From a virus, in IMG/VR virus record IMGVR_UViG_3300005340_000003, positions 10,599 to 74,598 of that record: DNA of 64,000 nt. One strand, given 5' to 3'. The translations under genes were made by a program, and so were the position numbers. Numbering within the stretch: the stretch's first letter is position 1; every line of letters begins with the position of its first letter. Below, piece by piece: positions 9,333 to 19,027 of the stretch. The notes below the pieces were generated by a model. That model was not told the origin of the DNA. It saw only the letters and a list, made by a program, of their open reading frames with translations, and ran no database searches.

Positions 9333-11129
9333 ATGTTTTTTTGCCCGTGTAACTGCCACGTAGTAAATGTTTTGCTCCTCGTCGCCTTTATTCTTTTTGA
9401 AGGTCGCCGTCAGAATAAACACCCGGTTCCATTCGAGGCCTTTCGCCTTGTGAACGGAACTGAGGACAACAGAAGGCTTTGCGTTGCTGTCGGTATCCTG
9501 GAAAAGCGAGTAAATTTTCGATTCAATCTCGGCTACATTCCGAGCCCCCTCGGACACCGCCATCAGCGTATCCACTTGGTCGTTCACCTGGGCGATTTTC
9601 GCTTCCGCGTTTTTCGTCGCGCCAAAGCGAGCCCTCTGCTTGGTTCCCCAGGCTTCGAGCTTGCGGATGAAATCCGGCACGCTCTTCGCCCTGAGTTTCC
9701 GAACCATTCCGACTAGCTGCGCTCCAATGTCGCGTCCCTCGATCCGAGCCGGCGTTCCACGGCGGAGGAGGTTCAGGCATGCGCTCATGAGCGGAGCGTT
9801 GAGGCGGCTGAGGATCGCATCGCCGATCCGAGCATGTTCGAGAACGCTCACCACTTCATCCACCAAGCCCTCGGGAGCACTCGGGGCGGCTTTGTAATCG
9901 GTCACAATTTCAGCCGCAATTGCCACCACAGCCTTCGGGCAGCGGTAAGTGGTAGTCAGACCGAAGACCCGGGCTGAAAGACGCTCCTGCATCATCCTCA
10001 TGCCATTTTGAGCCGCTCCACGAAACGCATAGATTGCCTGCCGGTCGTCGCCCACGATGCAAATCCGACCGCCCGGTTCACAGCTTCGAATCGCCATTTC
10101 GAGTTGCGGGAGATTCATATCCTGGCTCTCATCCACCACCACGAGGCCGAAACGAGGGAAAACCCAATTCTTCACCACCGGCAACCAGACCATATCGTTG
10201 AAGCTGATTCGGCCCTCGTTGTCGCGTTCCTTGGCGGCTTCCAGGGCGTCGAAGGCCACTTTCGCGAGCTTCGCCACGGTCCAGCCGCCATCCGCTTCGG
10301 CCTCTGCTGCTGAGAAAATCCCCCGGTCGTTCGCGATGTCGATAAGTTGTTCGACGGTAGGGTTGAGGAGAAGGTTTTTCGCGAAGCCGACGATCCGTTC
10401 CACGCAACCAAGGACTTCCTCCGGGATATTCGGGCTAACCGCTTCGATCCGAGCCGCTTCCACCGAGGCGTCCGGCTTCACACCGGGCCAAACTTGCGTG
10501 ATGTAGAAAAAACCGAGGCTATGCAACGTCTTGATCTCCACGCGCTTGTCGGAGATTTTCTCTTCGGCTTCGATCTGGTTTTTCTTGTTGAAGACCGCGT
10601 AAAGGAGCTTCGTGATGTGGCTCGGAACGAAGGTGAAAGCCTGCTTAATGGTCGTCGTTTTGCCAGTGCCGGCCCGGGCTTGGACGACCGCATTGCCAGT
10701 GCCCGACGCGAACCATTGAAAAATCTCTTCCTGCTCTGCGGACCAAAAAACGGTGGGAATAGAAGGGATCGAACCTTCAACACCCGCGCTCAAACTATCA
10801 GTGCCAGTCGAGGCACCCGAGACGTTTGACGACTGCGCGGGCACGGAGCCATCCACTCCCGACAGTGACGGAACTTGGGCTTGTTCTTGAGGGTTGGTGG
10901 GATTGGTCGTCTCGTCAGACGTAGCGCCATTACCCCACAAGCAAATTTCCCAAGTTCCGTCACGGTCGTTTTTACTGCAAGAAACACCCTCATTTTTCAA
11001 GGTGTTCTTACTCGATCTCCAGGCATTCCAAAAAGCCGGTGTCGGCGCTGCGGTTCGGAGCGTCCGGATTCCCACTCGGGTATTCACGGTTTTCGGCTCG
11101 CTCCAGTTCAGTTGAATTGTTTCAATCAC
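9315..11129 (-). CDS. UvrD/Rep-like superfamily 1 helicase with N-terminal extension
   Basis: ARAGTGKTT, VVVDESQD, GDDRQAIYAFRGA, TYRCP, SVHKAKGLEW, YVAVTRAK. Probable leaderless GTG start at 11129. Confidence 0.92.
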   Translation of the reverse strand: MIETIQLNWSEPKTVNTRVGIRTLRTAAPTPAFWNAWRSSKNTLKNEGVSCSKNDRDGTWEICLWGNGATSDETTNPTNPQEQAQVPSLSGVDGSVPAQSSNVSGASTGTDSLSAGVEGSIPSIPTVFWSAEQEEIFQWFASGTGNAVVQARAGTGKTTTIKQAFTFVPSHITKLLYAVFNKKNQIEAEEKISDKRVEIKTLHSLGFFYITQVWPGVKPDASVEAARIEAVSPNIPEEVLGCVERIVGFAKNLLLNPTVEQLIDIANDRGIFSAAEAEADGGWTVAKLAKVAFDALEAAKERDNEGRISFNDMVWLPVVKNWVFPRFGLVVVDESQDMNLPQLEMAIRSCEPGGRICIVGDDRQAIYAFRGAAQNGMRMMQERLSARVFGLTTTYRCPKAVVAIAAEIVTDYKAAPSAPEGLVDEVVSVLEHARIGDAILSRLNAPLMSACLNLLRRGTPARIEGRDIGAQLVGMVRKLRAKSVPDFIRKLEAWGTKQRARFGATKNAEAKIAQVNDQVDTLMAVSEGARNVAEIESKIYSLFQDTDSNAKPSVVLSSVHKAKGLEWNRVFILTATFKKNKGDEEQNIYYVAVTRAKKHLTFVG

Positions 11130-11135
11130 GGGAGC

Positions 11136-11164
11136 ACTATCGCAGAGGATCGCCGGCACGTCAA
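11136..11164 (-). promoter_or_regulatory. Sigma70-like promoter for a leaderless helicase mRNA
   Basis: TTGACG-N17-GATAGT (with TGn) followed by 6 nt and GTG. Confidence 0.55.
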
Positions 11165-11180
11165 CAACTGTTTAAACATT

Positions 11181-11215
11181 TTAGCGGGCCTGATGGTTAG
11201 TATCAGACCCGCTAA
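11181..11215 (-). terminator. Strong hairpin, possible terminator
   Basis: TTAGCGGGTCTGAT-actaacc-ATCAGGCCCGCTAA, a 14-bp stem with a poor U-tract. Confidence 0.45.
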
Positions 11216-11240
11216 TTACTGAATCTCGAACCCAAATTAT

Positions 11241-11342
11241 TTCCGGTCTCTCCCGGAAGTCACGTTGCATGGTTTTCCGCAATTCCCTGACGTTAGTATT
11301 TTCCGCCTCACGGTATGGCTTTCAACGTTTAGCCGCTAGGAT
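11241..11342 (-). ncRNA. Candidate structured RNA
   Basis: Consecutive hairpins GGCT/AGCC, CCG-TGAGG-CGG, TTGC/GCAA and TTCCGG-GAGAGA-CCGGAA; possible ACGTT/AACGT pseudoknot. Confidence 0.35.
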
Positions 11343-11346
11343 GTTT

Positions 11347-12204
11347 TCAGATGCCGACGACCTTGTGGATGAACCCCATCAGGTCAGTGTCAGTAACGGC
11401 CTTGACTGCGAGGACCGGAACCGGTGCCTCGAATTTTCCCGTGTCTGTCTTGAAGGATTTCATCCTCGTTGAAAGACTCCAGGTGCGGGAAAAATACCCG
11501 TCCTGAAGGCACCCGAGCCGGCGCTGATAGTTGAAGGTGTTTTTCATGGCCTCCGTGTAAACAGAGCCCTTGCAGTTCCAGTATCCGACAGTCATCTTCC
11601 GACTGCCGACCGTGAATCCGAAAACCGCGCCGTCATCCTGGACGTGTGCCGGCTTTTCAATCGCCAGCAAAAGTTCCGTCATCGGCTCGAACCGGCGCAT
11701 GCCCTCCGCTTTCTTGAGTTTCCACTCGTTGTAATCGAGCGTGCCGCCGACTGCGCGGACCGCATCCTCGGTGTCCACGATCTCTCCGCCGACTTGACCG
11801 GCGAGTTTTTCCTGGAACTTCAGCCACACGATGCCGATCACGCAGATAACGACAGGCGGCAATTGCGCCCGAGTGATGACGCCCTGCTTCTGATCGATTT
11901 CAGCCGGCGAATACAGAATGGTTTCCTTGCCGAAAACGATGCTGCCCGGGGTAAAGTTCTTCCCAAGTTCTCCGACGCTGTAGGTGAGGTTCAGGCGAGG
12001 GAGGTTGATGTCCTTGAACCCTGGCAGGTAGTCACCGAGCTTGAAAGCATCCTTTGTCGCCGGCACGCCGGGAGAAGAAGACGCAACGGTTGTGGTGGTT
12101 TCGACTTTCACATCCGCTACCGGAGTGCTCACAGTCTTTGTTTCAACATCGATCACCGGAGCCGGTGACGATCCGCTATCATTTCCGAATTTGACTTCAG
12201 GCAT
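11347..12204 (-). CDS. Putative ssDNA-binding or recombination protein
   Basis: DINLPRLNL motif, low-complexity N-terminus and location near exonuclease and helicase genes; function inferred. Confidence 0.45.
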   Translation of the reverse strand: MPEVKFGNDSGSSPAPVIDVETKTVSTPVADVKVETTTTVASSSPGVPATKDAFKLGDYLPGFKDINLPRLNLTYSVGELGKNFTPGSIVFGKETILYSPAEIDQKQGVITRAQLPPVVICVIGIVWLKFQEKLAGQVGGEIVDTEDAVRAVGGTLDYNEWKLKKAEGMRRFEPMTELLLAIEKPAHVQDDGAVFGFTVGSRKMTVGYWNCKGSVYTEAMKNTFNYQRRLGCLQDGYFSRTWSLSTRMKSFKTDTGKFEAPVPVLAVKAVTDTDLMGFIHKVVGI

Positions 12205-12253
12205 TTTAGTTTTGTGTTTAGTGTTTAACCGACATTGGTGGACACTCCTAGTG

Positions 12254-12463
12254 TTAGCTAGGAAGGACTCCAGCCCTAACAGGCCCCGTCCTCACATTTG
12301 GTGATGTCCGACAGTTTACCATCCGACTCGATTTGGCGAACCATTCTCCGCCGTCCGCGTTGACTCCGTGGTGAACGAAGTAATGCGTGTCGGTTTCCCG
12401 GAGGACTTCCCCGGTGAAGACCACATCGAATTCTCCGCGATTGATTTCGACTCGTGTTTTCAT
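12254..12463 (-). CDS. Hypothetical protein
   Basis: 69 aa; ATGA-coupled to the upstream gene. Confidence 0.5.
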   Translation of the reverse strand: MKTRVEINRGEFDVVFTGEVLRETDTHYFVHHGVNADGGEWFAKSSRMVNCRTSPNVRTGPVRAGVLPS

Positions 12464-13461
12464 AGATTGTTCGCTTCATTTTGGATGTAAGCGCAAAGCC
12501 TTTCCAGGTTCGCGCCGATATTCGCGATGACCCGCCCGCCCCGATCCGTTTGCGTAATCGGCCTGGGTGTTTCCCAAAGACGTTTCGAAAACTCCAAAAT
12601 CTTTTCCTTGTCCGGGGCGAGCGCGGCTTTCTCTTCCGCCAATCGCACGGCGAGTTGTTCGGCGGCGAGTTTATCCCTCGCAGCCTTCGCTTCGCGTTCC
12701 AGCTTGGCGACCGCTTCGTTCGCTTTCGCGACGAGGGCCAGCTTTTCAGCTTTGAGTCGATTCGCTTCTGCTTCTAATTTCGCCTGGGCCGATTTGCGTT
12801 CGTCCGCAAGTTGTTTCTCAAGTCGATCCCGGGCGATTTCAGCGGCTTTGCGAGCGGCTTCCCGTTCGGCGGCTTCTTTCTTCAATCGTTCGTTCTCCGC
12901 ACGCTGCGCTTCGATTCGATCTGCTTCCGCTTTACGGACGGCTTCCGCCGCTTCGCACTCCAGTCTCAATCGTTCGAGTTTCGCGGTATGGGTAGCGATT
13001 GAATCCTTCAACAAGCCGGAATATTCAGCATCGGTCAAATCCGCTAAATCGATAATGACAGGGGCGGAGAGATACGGACCAAGTTCAGTGGTCCGCGATT
13101 GACGGACCTCGATTCGAATTCGTTCGGTTTCCCGTTCCGCAAAAGTTTCCTGCAACAACAACCGCTCTTCGAGTGGTTCGAGTATGCGAAGCAATTCGTT
13201 TTTGCCGGCGTCGATCTTCCGGCTCTCCTCCAGAACGCTTTCCTTCAATTCCCGATGCTTGTGCGTAATTGCAACGCGAAGGTTTTTGATGGTGAGCCGA
13301 GTCGCCCGGGCGAGTTTCATTTCGGCGACTTGAGAGACATCTGTTACGGTAAGGGTTTCCGCCGTGGTTTTCAACTTCTCCGCCTGGGACTTGAAGTCGT
13401 CCCAAACGATCAATTGTTTCATCCGTTCTCCGGGTAGTGAGTTTACAATTTCAACTTCCAT
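12460..13461 (-). CDS. Coiled-coil protein (DUF1351-like)
   Basis: ARATRLTIKNLRVAI...SRKIDA...LEPLEERL followed by a long E/A/K/R coiled coil. Confidence 0.6.
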   Translation of the reverse strand: MEVEIVNSLPGERMKQLIVWDDFKSQAEKLKTTAETLTVTDVSQVAEMKLARATRLTIKNLRVAITHKHRELKESVLEESRKIDAGKNELLRILEPLEERLLLQETFAERETERIRIEVRQSRTTELGPYLSAPVIIDLADLTDAEYSGLLKDSIATHTAKLERLRLECEAAEAVRKAEADRIEAQRAENERLKKEAAEREAARKAAEIARDRLEKQLADERKSAQAKLEAEANRLKAEKLALVAKANEAVAKLEREAKAARDKLAAEQLAVRLAEEKAALAPDKEKILEFSKRLWETPRPITQTDRGGRVIANIGANLERLCAYIQNEANNL

Positions 13462-13462
13462 A

Positions 13463-14731
13463 TTATTCTTTCGTTTTCTCCGCCTGCAAAAATACTGCTG
13501 GCGAGCCTCGTTCTACTACATTCGCGGCCTCCAGACAACTCTTGAATTCTTGGATCGCATGTTTTTTACTGCCGCGAGGTGCCTTCGCTCCGATTGAGTC
13601 CTCAATCGCGCCAATGCTCACGTCGAGCGCCTGGGCGTATTCTTCCTCCGTCAAATACCGCAATGCCTCGCGCTTGAATCCGGCCATATCGGTAACTGCG
13701 CGGCTTCCGTCCCGTTGTTGCAGGCGGTATCCTTCAGGAAGCGGAGCACCACGAAGAACCCTCTCCGCCGTAACCTTCCGGAACGCTTCCGACCAGACTT
13801 TCATTACCTGGGCGAGTTGCATCCCGAGACCGGTATTCGCCGGGTCTTGAACCATACTCGGAGTCACTGAAGCCGGGATTTTAAGTGGGGCGAATTTGTT
13901 TCCGACAGTGCAAGCGAATTTGGTAACAGCGGGACAGATGCCCGTATGTTTGCAAAAAAGACAGTTCGGAATAGTCGGATTTGCAGATGAAAAATCTGCT
14001 TTAGCCCGGGCCATTCTCGCCCGTTCAACGACAACCGAAACCCGAAGGAGTAGCGACAGAATTTCGGAACGGTGGAAAACGTGATCGTCAAGAAAACCGA
14101 TTGCTGGCTGCTTGATCCAGAAGCGAACCGATTCGAGCTTCGGAAATTTTTTGAATAGACCCAAAACATAAGCGATTGCCTGGAGGTTGTTTTTGACTTT
14201 CTCGACCGACCACACACCAAATTTCCAATCGAAGGCTTCACAGTAAGTGCCAGCATGAGAGAAAAACGCCCGGTCGAAATATCCTGCGGTCGTTGATTGA
14301 ATCTTCAAAAGAATCGAGCCGAGACCAACTTTGATTTCGTCTTCGAATTCCAGGTCGTCAATCGGGAGGTAAGTCTCGGTCAATTCGAGAATCTCCGGAT
14401 ACGATCTGTGATCCGGAAGTTCAGAAATCATCGCATGCGCCCGCGCATCGACCGCCAACTGTTTTCGCTCTTCGTAAAAATCCAGGCACTCAGCCGCCAT
14501 CAAAGCGTCATCATCGCTGAGGGACTCATCGTCCATTCTGTCCTCAGTAACCTTGTGCATTTTGGTGCCGGCAATGGCCCGAATATGGCTCTCGTCTCTT
14601 CCTTCATAGCACGGACAGGCTTCGAGACTTTGTAAGGTGGAGGGAGAGTAAGGATGGTGAACGCGATCCTCTTGCTTCGGTCGTTGTTCATTTATCAGAG
14701 TTTGTTCTTTCAACGCTTGTTCGAGATTCAT
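13463..14731 (-). CDS. PD-(D/E)xK Cas4-like exonuclease (DUF2800-like)
   Basis: HHPYSPS...ACP, GTKMH, GYFD, DWKFG, NLQAIAY, CLFC-x5-CP. Confidence 0.85.
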   Translation of the reverse strand: MNLEQALKEQTLINEQRPKQEDRVHHPYSPSTLQSLEACPCYEGRDESHIRAIAGTKMHKVTEDRMDDESLSDDDALMAAECLDFYEERKQLAVDARAHAMISELPDHRSYPEILELTETYLPIDDLEFEDEIKVGLGSILLKIQSTTAGYFDRAFFSHAGTYCEAFDWKFGVWSVEKVKNNLQAIAYVLGLFKKFPKLESVRFWIKQPAIGFLDDHVFHRSEILSLLLRVSVVVERARMARAKADFSSANPTIPNCLFCKHTGICPAVTKFACTVGNKFAPLKIPASVTPSMVQDPANTGLGMQLAQVMKVWSEAFRKVTAERVLRGAPLPEGYRLQQRDGSRAVTDMAGFKREALRYLTEEEYAQALDVSIGAIEDSIGAKAPRGSKKHAIQEFKSCLEAANVVERGSPAVFLQAEKTKE

Positions 14732-15327
14732 TGGCCTTTTCCTCCCTCGTCGCCGACGATGGTTTTCTTGAACATCACCCGGGCTGCGGTGTGCCAGATG
14801 ACGATCCCTTCGGGCTGCATGAATCCAGGAGACGCCACGCTACCTTTCTCCGCTAGTTCCTGAAGTGTCCAGGCAACATTACCGGTTGTGAAAAGTCCTC
14901 GATACAGTGTCGGAACTACAAGGCAACACTCGGGCGGCTTTTCCTTCCCATCCGGACCCCATCGGTCCACATTGAAAAGTGAAAAGTGTTTTTCCGTCAA
15001 ACCGTAGCGACGTTGAATTCCTCCGCCCCACCATTCGCCGAAGTGCCGTCCCTGTCCGAGTTTCACCAATTCTTCCGCGTTGGACTGCACCCATTTCGCG
15101 AATCCGTAATTATCGTTGTCCGGAGTGATCCAACGGGTGCGACTGCCTGCGGCAATCCAGGGACCGTTCGAACCGACGCGAACCAAAGGAATGTCATTTG
15201 GATTTGCCACCTCGTCGAGAACTTCAGTGATGAAAATCTGTGCGTTAGTGCCGTCGATCTTTTCGGTGATAACACACTCGCGGCTGAGACGCGCCATTTT
15301 CGGAAACGTTTCAAAGGTGCTATTCAT
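14728..15327 (-). CDS. RNA ligase (Rnl2-like nucleotidyltransferase domain)
   Basis: Motif I TEKIDGTNA, GSRTRW, GEWWG, FSLFNV, motif IV PEGIV, FKK. Confidence 0.88.
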   Translation of the reverse strand: MNSTFETFPKMARLSRECVITEKIDGTNAQIFITEVLDEVANPNDIPLVRVGSNGPWIAAGSRTRWITPDNDNYGFAKWVQSNAEELVKLGQGRHFGEWWGGGIQRRYGLTEKHFSLFNVDRWGPDGKEKPPECCLVVPTLYRGLFTTGNVAWTLQELAEKGSVASPGFMQPEGIVIWHTAARVMFKKTIVGDEGGKGQ

Positions 15328-15511
15328 GATTCATAATTTCCTTCAGGCGTTGCTGGAGTTTCCAGAGGGCAATCGTTTCGATTTGTCGAAGTCGAGTGGT
15401 GGACACGCCGATCATCGCGGCGACTTCCACCGGGGATTTTATCGGGGTGAGTTTATCCGCAATCGCTGCGCCGATACGCATGCGTTCCCGATTCTCGGGA
15501 TTCATTGTCAT
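15320..15511 (-). CDS. Stand-alone sigma region-4 HTH protein
   Basis: SPVEVAAMIGVSTTRLRQIETIALWKLQ matches the sigma 4.2 pattern (S..R.RQIE..AL.KL). Confidence 0.7.
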   Translation of the reverse strand: MTMNPENRERMRIGAAIADKLTPIKSPVEVAAMIGVSTTRLRQIETIALWKLQQRLKEIMNHE

Positions 15512-15529
15512 ACTAACCTTTCGTGTTTT

Positions 15530-15552
15530 GACCGGGCTTTATTACCCAGGTC
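15530..15552 (-). promoter_or_regulatory. AAUAAA-loop hairpin
   Basis: GACC-T-GGGT-AATAAA-GCCC-GGTC upstream of the sigma-4 HTH gene. Confidence 0.5.
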
Positions 15553-15736
15553 GTTTCATTACCGCTTTTCGAAGATTCTTTCGCTTTGCACCGGTTGGCT
15601 TCCATCCGTGTTCGACCGCGTTCAGGAGCCGCTCTTGTGCAGCCGCCTTTTCAGGGGTCGTCGATTTCGCCTTGACGCCGTTCGGGGTCGATACTCTCAC
15701 TCTCGACTTGCTGATTTTGCGAATGGTTACTGGCAT
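15542..15736 (-). CDS. Small basic protein, leaderless
   Basis: 64 aa, K/R-rich; preceded by TTGTCG-N17-CACTATT-N5-ATG. Confidence 0.65.
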   Translation of the reverse strand: MPVTIRKISKSRVRVSTPNGVKAKSTTPEKAAAQERLLNAVEHGWKPTGAKRKNLRKAVMKRPG

Positions 15737-15983
15737 ATTGAAATAGTGTCAGAAAATTATTACTTCGACAACTTGTATTCTTTCGGCCTCGGATGATGGT
15801 GAACACACCCGAAAAGAGGACCGGTGGCAAAACAGCCGGAATTAAAAGGTTCCCCATCCACCACGGCGAAACCATGCTCCGGGGCTGGATAACCAATTGG
15901 GTCGAGCTTCGGGCATCCGCACTTCTTGAAATTGGAAATTTCTCCGCACCTCTCCCCCCAATAGATACAAGTATTACAAGTGT

Positions 15984-16340
15984 TCATTTGAGGATTCGGT
16001 AATGAGTGAACCGGATTCCGCAATGCCAGCAATATTTTACCGGATAGTCTCCAGGGAATATTCCCGCTTCAAATTGAACGATCATCGTTAGCGGAGTGTA
16101 AGCGACTGGAAGAGTTTTGCCACATACCCCGCAATCGAATCTATAAATCCCGTCGCTGAGGTGTTGCCCCTGGATCAGCACTGCCGGATAAATTGTCCGA
16201 AATTCCGTCTGGTTGTGATGCCACGCGAGGACGTTTTTCGCCGCGCATGCAACCCCGCCCTCTCCGGATTCAATCAGGAGAGCCAGCATTTCTTGAAATT
16301 TTTCCGAGGTAATGTCGATGTCTGAGGCGTCGATTTTCAT
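15984..16340 (-). CDS. Hypothetical Zn-ribbon protein
   Basis: CGVC...CWHC; ATGA-coupled to the helicase. Confidence 0.5.
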   Translation of the reverse strand: MKIDASDIDITSEKFQEMLALLIESGEGGVACAAKNVLAWHHNQTEFRTIYPAVLIQGQHLSDGIYRFDCGVCGKTLPVAYTPLTMIVQFEAGIFPGDYPVKYCWHCGIRFTHYRILK

Positions 16341-17803
16341 TTTAGTTTGAGGTTTCCCGGCATCAAGTCCGAGTCCATGATCGCTGAGTGGTTGTCGAGC
16401 TTCCGGCGCAACGCCCTAAACATATCGATCTCCACCGTGCCGGCAGCGAACGGAACCCGGTAGTGCGATTTGCTTTTACCGCCATCCCGAGGGAAACGCC
16501 CGAGGACTTGTGTGAAGGTTGCCGCCGACCACGGAGGACAGACTAAACCCCATCGCGGATGTTTTCCCTCAATGTCCTGTAGGCCGATATTGACTCCCCC
16601 GACTTCGGAGTTGAGGACCAGGGCACGACATTCGTTTCTCTGAAACGACGCAATGATCTCATCGCGTTTTTTACCTGTAATGGTGCCATCAATAAAAGGG
16701 CAGTGAAGTGCCCCGGATAGTTCCTCAATAGATTGTCGAAAGTTACAAAAAATTCCGACGTTGAAATTTTGCTCCATTCGGTCTCTAGCAAGTTCAACGA
16801 GTGTTGGAACTTTGAGGATTTCGATTGCCTGTCTCGCGTGGAGGATTTGCGTGATGTTGATTTCATGTTCGATTGATCTGTATATCTCAGCGATTTCTTC
16901 GGTTGTCGTAAAGTCGATTAACTGCGCCTGAACGTCCACTTCGGGGAAATTCGGGATTTGGTCTGTGGTAACTCGAATGCCTCGTGCCGGAAAAATTTGC
17001 GAACCGATCTCCAACATCGTCTGCTTTTGCTTTTCGTCGGACACCCACCATTTCCAGGCGTGAAAAGTCTTGTCGAACGTCGCGCCGTGTTCAGCGAGCC
17101 ATCCGGAAAAGACCTTACGCTTTGCTCCTTTTGTGTTCGATTCAACCAGTCCGCGAATGTCGAGGCAGTGCAGGTCGAGCGAGTAGCCGAGAGCCCGAAG
17201 TTGAAGTATCGTCTGCGCTGGAGTAGCGGATAGCATGAGGTGTTTTATACCCTGTCGTTTGGCGGCAACGAGCAACTCGGAGTTGAGGGAGTCGAGTCCT
17301 CCGCACTTGTGAACTTCGTCGAAAATAATAAAGCGCACGGCTGAGTGGAATTTGAAATCGCCGTAGGGAACATCTTTGGTCCGAGTGCTAACACAGTGTA
17401 TCCCCGAGGCGTTAACAGGGCAAAGCTGCTGTTGCAAATCCTCCGGGCTCGAATACTTTCGCTGACAGAATTCACAAACGTAAATAGTGGGTCTCCCGGC
17501 GTCGAGCGCAGCTTGATTAGACCAAGAACCGAATGGAGTGTGTCCAAGTCGAAGTCGTTCATAATTGATTATTGAGAGGGTTTCGCCGAAGTGTTCGCAA
17601 ACAACTTTCCATCCTGATATAGCAATCTTCGGCACAACGGCGACAGTCGGCAATTGTAAAGCTTGAGCGATTGCAACAGCAAGGTAAGTCTTGCCTGTGC
17701 CTGTGTCCGAGCCATCGATTGCTGAGTCATGCGCTTGTAATATCCTGGCGAGTTGATTCGCCTTCGGCACCTGCCAAGGTTTCAGTTTGTTGGTGGTAAT
17801 CAT
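16337..17803 (-). CDS. Superfamily 2 (DExH/SNF2-like) helicase
   Basis: Q-motif LKPWQ, DTGTGKT, IIFDEVH, LSATP, FIDG, QVLGRFPR; Cys/His insertion CEFC...CPVN...HC. Confidence 0.9.
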   Translation of the reverse strand: MITTNKLKPWQVPKANQLARILQAHDSAIDGSDTGTGKTYLAVAIAQALQLPTVAVVPKIAISGWKVVCEHFGETLSIINYERLRLGHTPFGSWSNQAALDAGRPTIYVCEFCQRKYSSPEDLQQQLCPVNASGIHCVSTRTKDVPYGDFKFHSAVRFIIFDEVHKCGGLDSLNSELLVAAKRQGIKHLMLSATPAQTILQLRALGYSLDLHCLDIRGLVESNTKGAKRKVFSGWLAEHGATFDKTFHAWKWWVSDEKQKQTMLEIGSQIFPARGIRVTTDQIPNFPEVDVQAQLIDFTTTEEIAEIYRSIEHEINITQILHARQAIEILKVPTLVELARDRMEQNFNVGIFCNFRQSIEELSGALHCPFIDGTITGKKRDEIIASFQRNECRALVLNSEVGGVNIGLQDIEGKHPRWGLVCPPWSAATFTQVLGRFPRDGGKSKSHYRVPFAAGTVEIDMFRALRRKLDNHSAIMDSDLMPGNLKLK

Positions 17804-17806
17804 TCA

Positions 17807-18223
17807 TCATCCAACATGCACTCTTATCGCGAACCCGCCGTAATAGCCGTTGTGTTCGTTGTGGCTCGCCATTTGAAAAACGCCTTTGTCGGTGGTGATG
17901 TCGAGGAACTGAACTTCATGTTCGTCCCCACGGCATTCAATATTCGGAGCGTCTTTGATTTCCGCGCCGAGGAGTTTCGCGCCGATGAATGCCGACAAGT
18001 CGTCGTCGGTCCGCATGTATCGATGCTCACAGCACGACTGGCCGTCATCGGAGAAATAAATCTTCGATCCGTCGCTGAATTCGAAATGAAGGTAATTGGT
18101 CTCCGTATCCAGGCGTAAGCCAGTTATGGTTTTGCCGAGGGCACCAGTAAACGCGGCAACTGAGTCCGCGTTGCCGCCGAGTTGGGCTATCATTACGCCG
18201 AGTCCAGGATTGCTATTGCTCAT
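17807..18223 (-). CDS. Conserved phage hypothetical protein (SCCE...NGYYGG type)
   Basis: DDGQSCCE and HNGYYGG motifs. Confidence 0.65.
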   Translation of the reverse strand: MSNSNPGLGVMIAQLGGNADSVAAFTGALGKTITGLRLDTETNYLHFEFSDGSKIYFSDDGQSCCEHRYMRTDDDLSAFIGAKLLGAEIKDAPNIECRGDEHEVQFLDITTDKGVFQMASHNEHNGYYGGFAIRVHVG

Positions 18224-18420
18224 GATTTGGTTTGTGGCTTAAAGACGTAATCACCTTCATTCGCGCCGAAAGACATTTCAATTCCGACACGGATTAACAT
18301 TTCGGCGCGGGTGATAATTAAAACCTTCGTCGAGGGCATCGGCATCCAGCCAAAAACAGAACCACACCACACGTCTCCATTGCTGTTATAGAGATACCCT
18401 TGTTGTATTGCGTTTCTCAT
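18220..18420 (-). CDS. Hypothetical early protein
   Basis: Follows a promoter and hairpin; ATGA-coupled downstream. Confidence 0.5.
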   Translation of the reverse strand: MRNAIQQGYLYNSNGDVWCGSVFGWMPMPSTKVLIITRAEMLIRVGIEMSFGANEGDYVFKPQTKS

Positions 18421-18428
18421 ATTTTATT

Positions 18429-18484
18429 CAGAGTCTTTATTGACCGTGACGAACCCTACCAAATTGCCGACATTTTGCAACAAC
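18429..18484 (-). promoter_or_regulatory. Sigma70-like promoter plus AAUAAA-loop hairpin
   Basis: GTTG-TTGCAA-N16-TAGGGT, then CACGGTC-AATAAA-GACTCTG. Confidence 0.55.
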
Positions 18485-18675
18485 TAGGGCCGGGTGTATT
18501 CCTTAGTGGTCTCAGGAGTCCCGGCCAGAAAAGTGATGTGAGGTGCCCACGGAAAACCGGGCCGAAGGTTCACCGGGCAAAAAGCTATGTCGCGCTTGCC
18601 CCACAATTGACGCGCACGAGCTTTTGATACCCGGGTAAAGGTGGTTGCACCGGACTTGATAACAAAGTGCCTCAT
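18484..18675 (-). CDS. Hypothetical protein
   Basis: 63 aa ORF in an early operon. Confidence 0.45.
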   Translation of the reverse strand: MRHFVIKSGATTFTRVSKARARQLWGKRDIAFCPVNLRPGFPWAPHITFLAGTPETTKEYTRP

Positions 18676-18682
18676 AAACGAT

Positions 18683-19012
18683 TTAGCTGAGTTTGGTCTG
18701 GTTGCGGAAGTAGTAAATCGCGAGGGCGAGCTTCGCGTTTTCGAGCTTCGACTCCAATTCGTTCACCACTGCGCGGAGTGCGGACCCATCAGCTTCGATG
18801 GTGGAATCAAGCGGGACGTATCTCCCGTTTAAGTCAAACGATTTGGTCGGGGTTTCATAGCCCGACCAAATTCCTATAGTGCTGCCCCGGCTGCGTCGAT
18901 CAGGAGCACCAGACTTTGTGATTTCCGAGTGGGTGAAAAACTTCTTTCCATCGACTACGGCAGGCGTGATAATTTCCCCGGTGTAGATGTTTACGATTTG
19001 CGTGATGTTCAT
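18683..19012 (-). CDS. Hypothetical early protein
   Basis: 109 aa; first gene after the repeated promoter. Confidence 0.6.
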   Translation of the reverse strand: MNITQIVNIYTGEIITPAVVDGKKFFTHSEITKSGAPDRRSRGSTIGIWSGYETPTKSFDLNGRYVPLDSTIEADGSALRAVVNELESKLENAKLALAIYYFRNQTKLS

Positions 19013-19027
19013 TTTTCGGTTTTTTCT

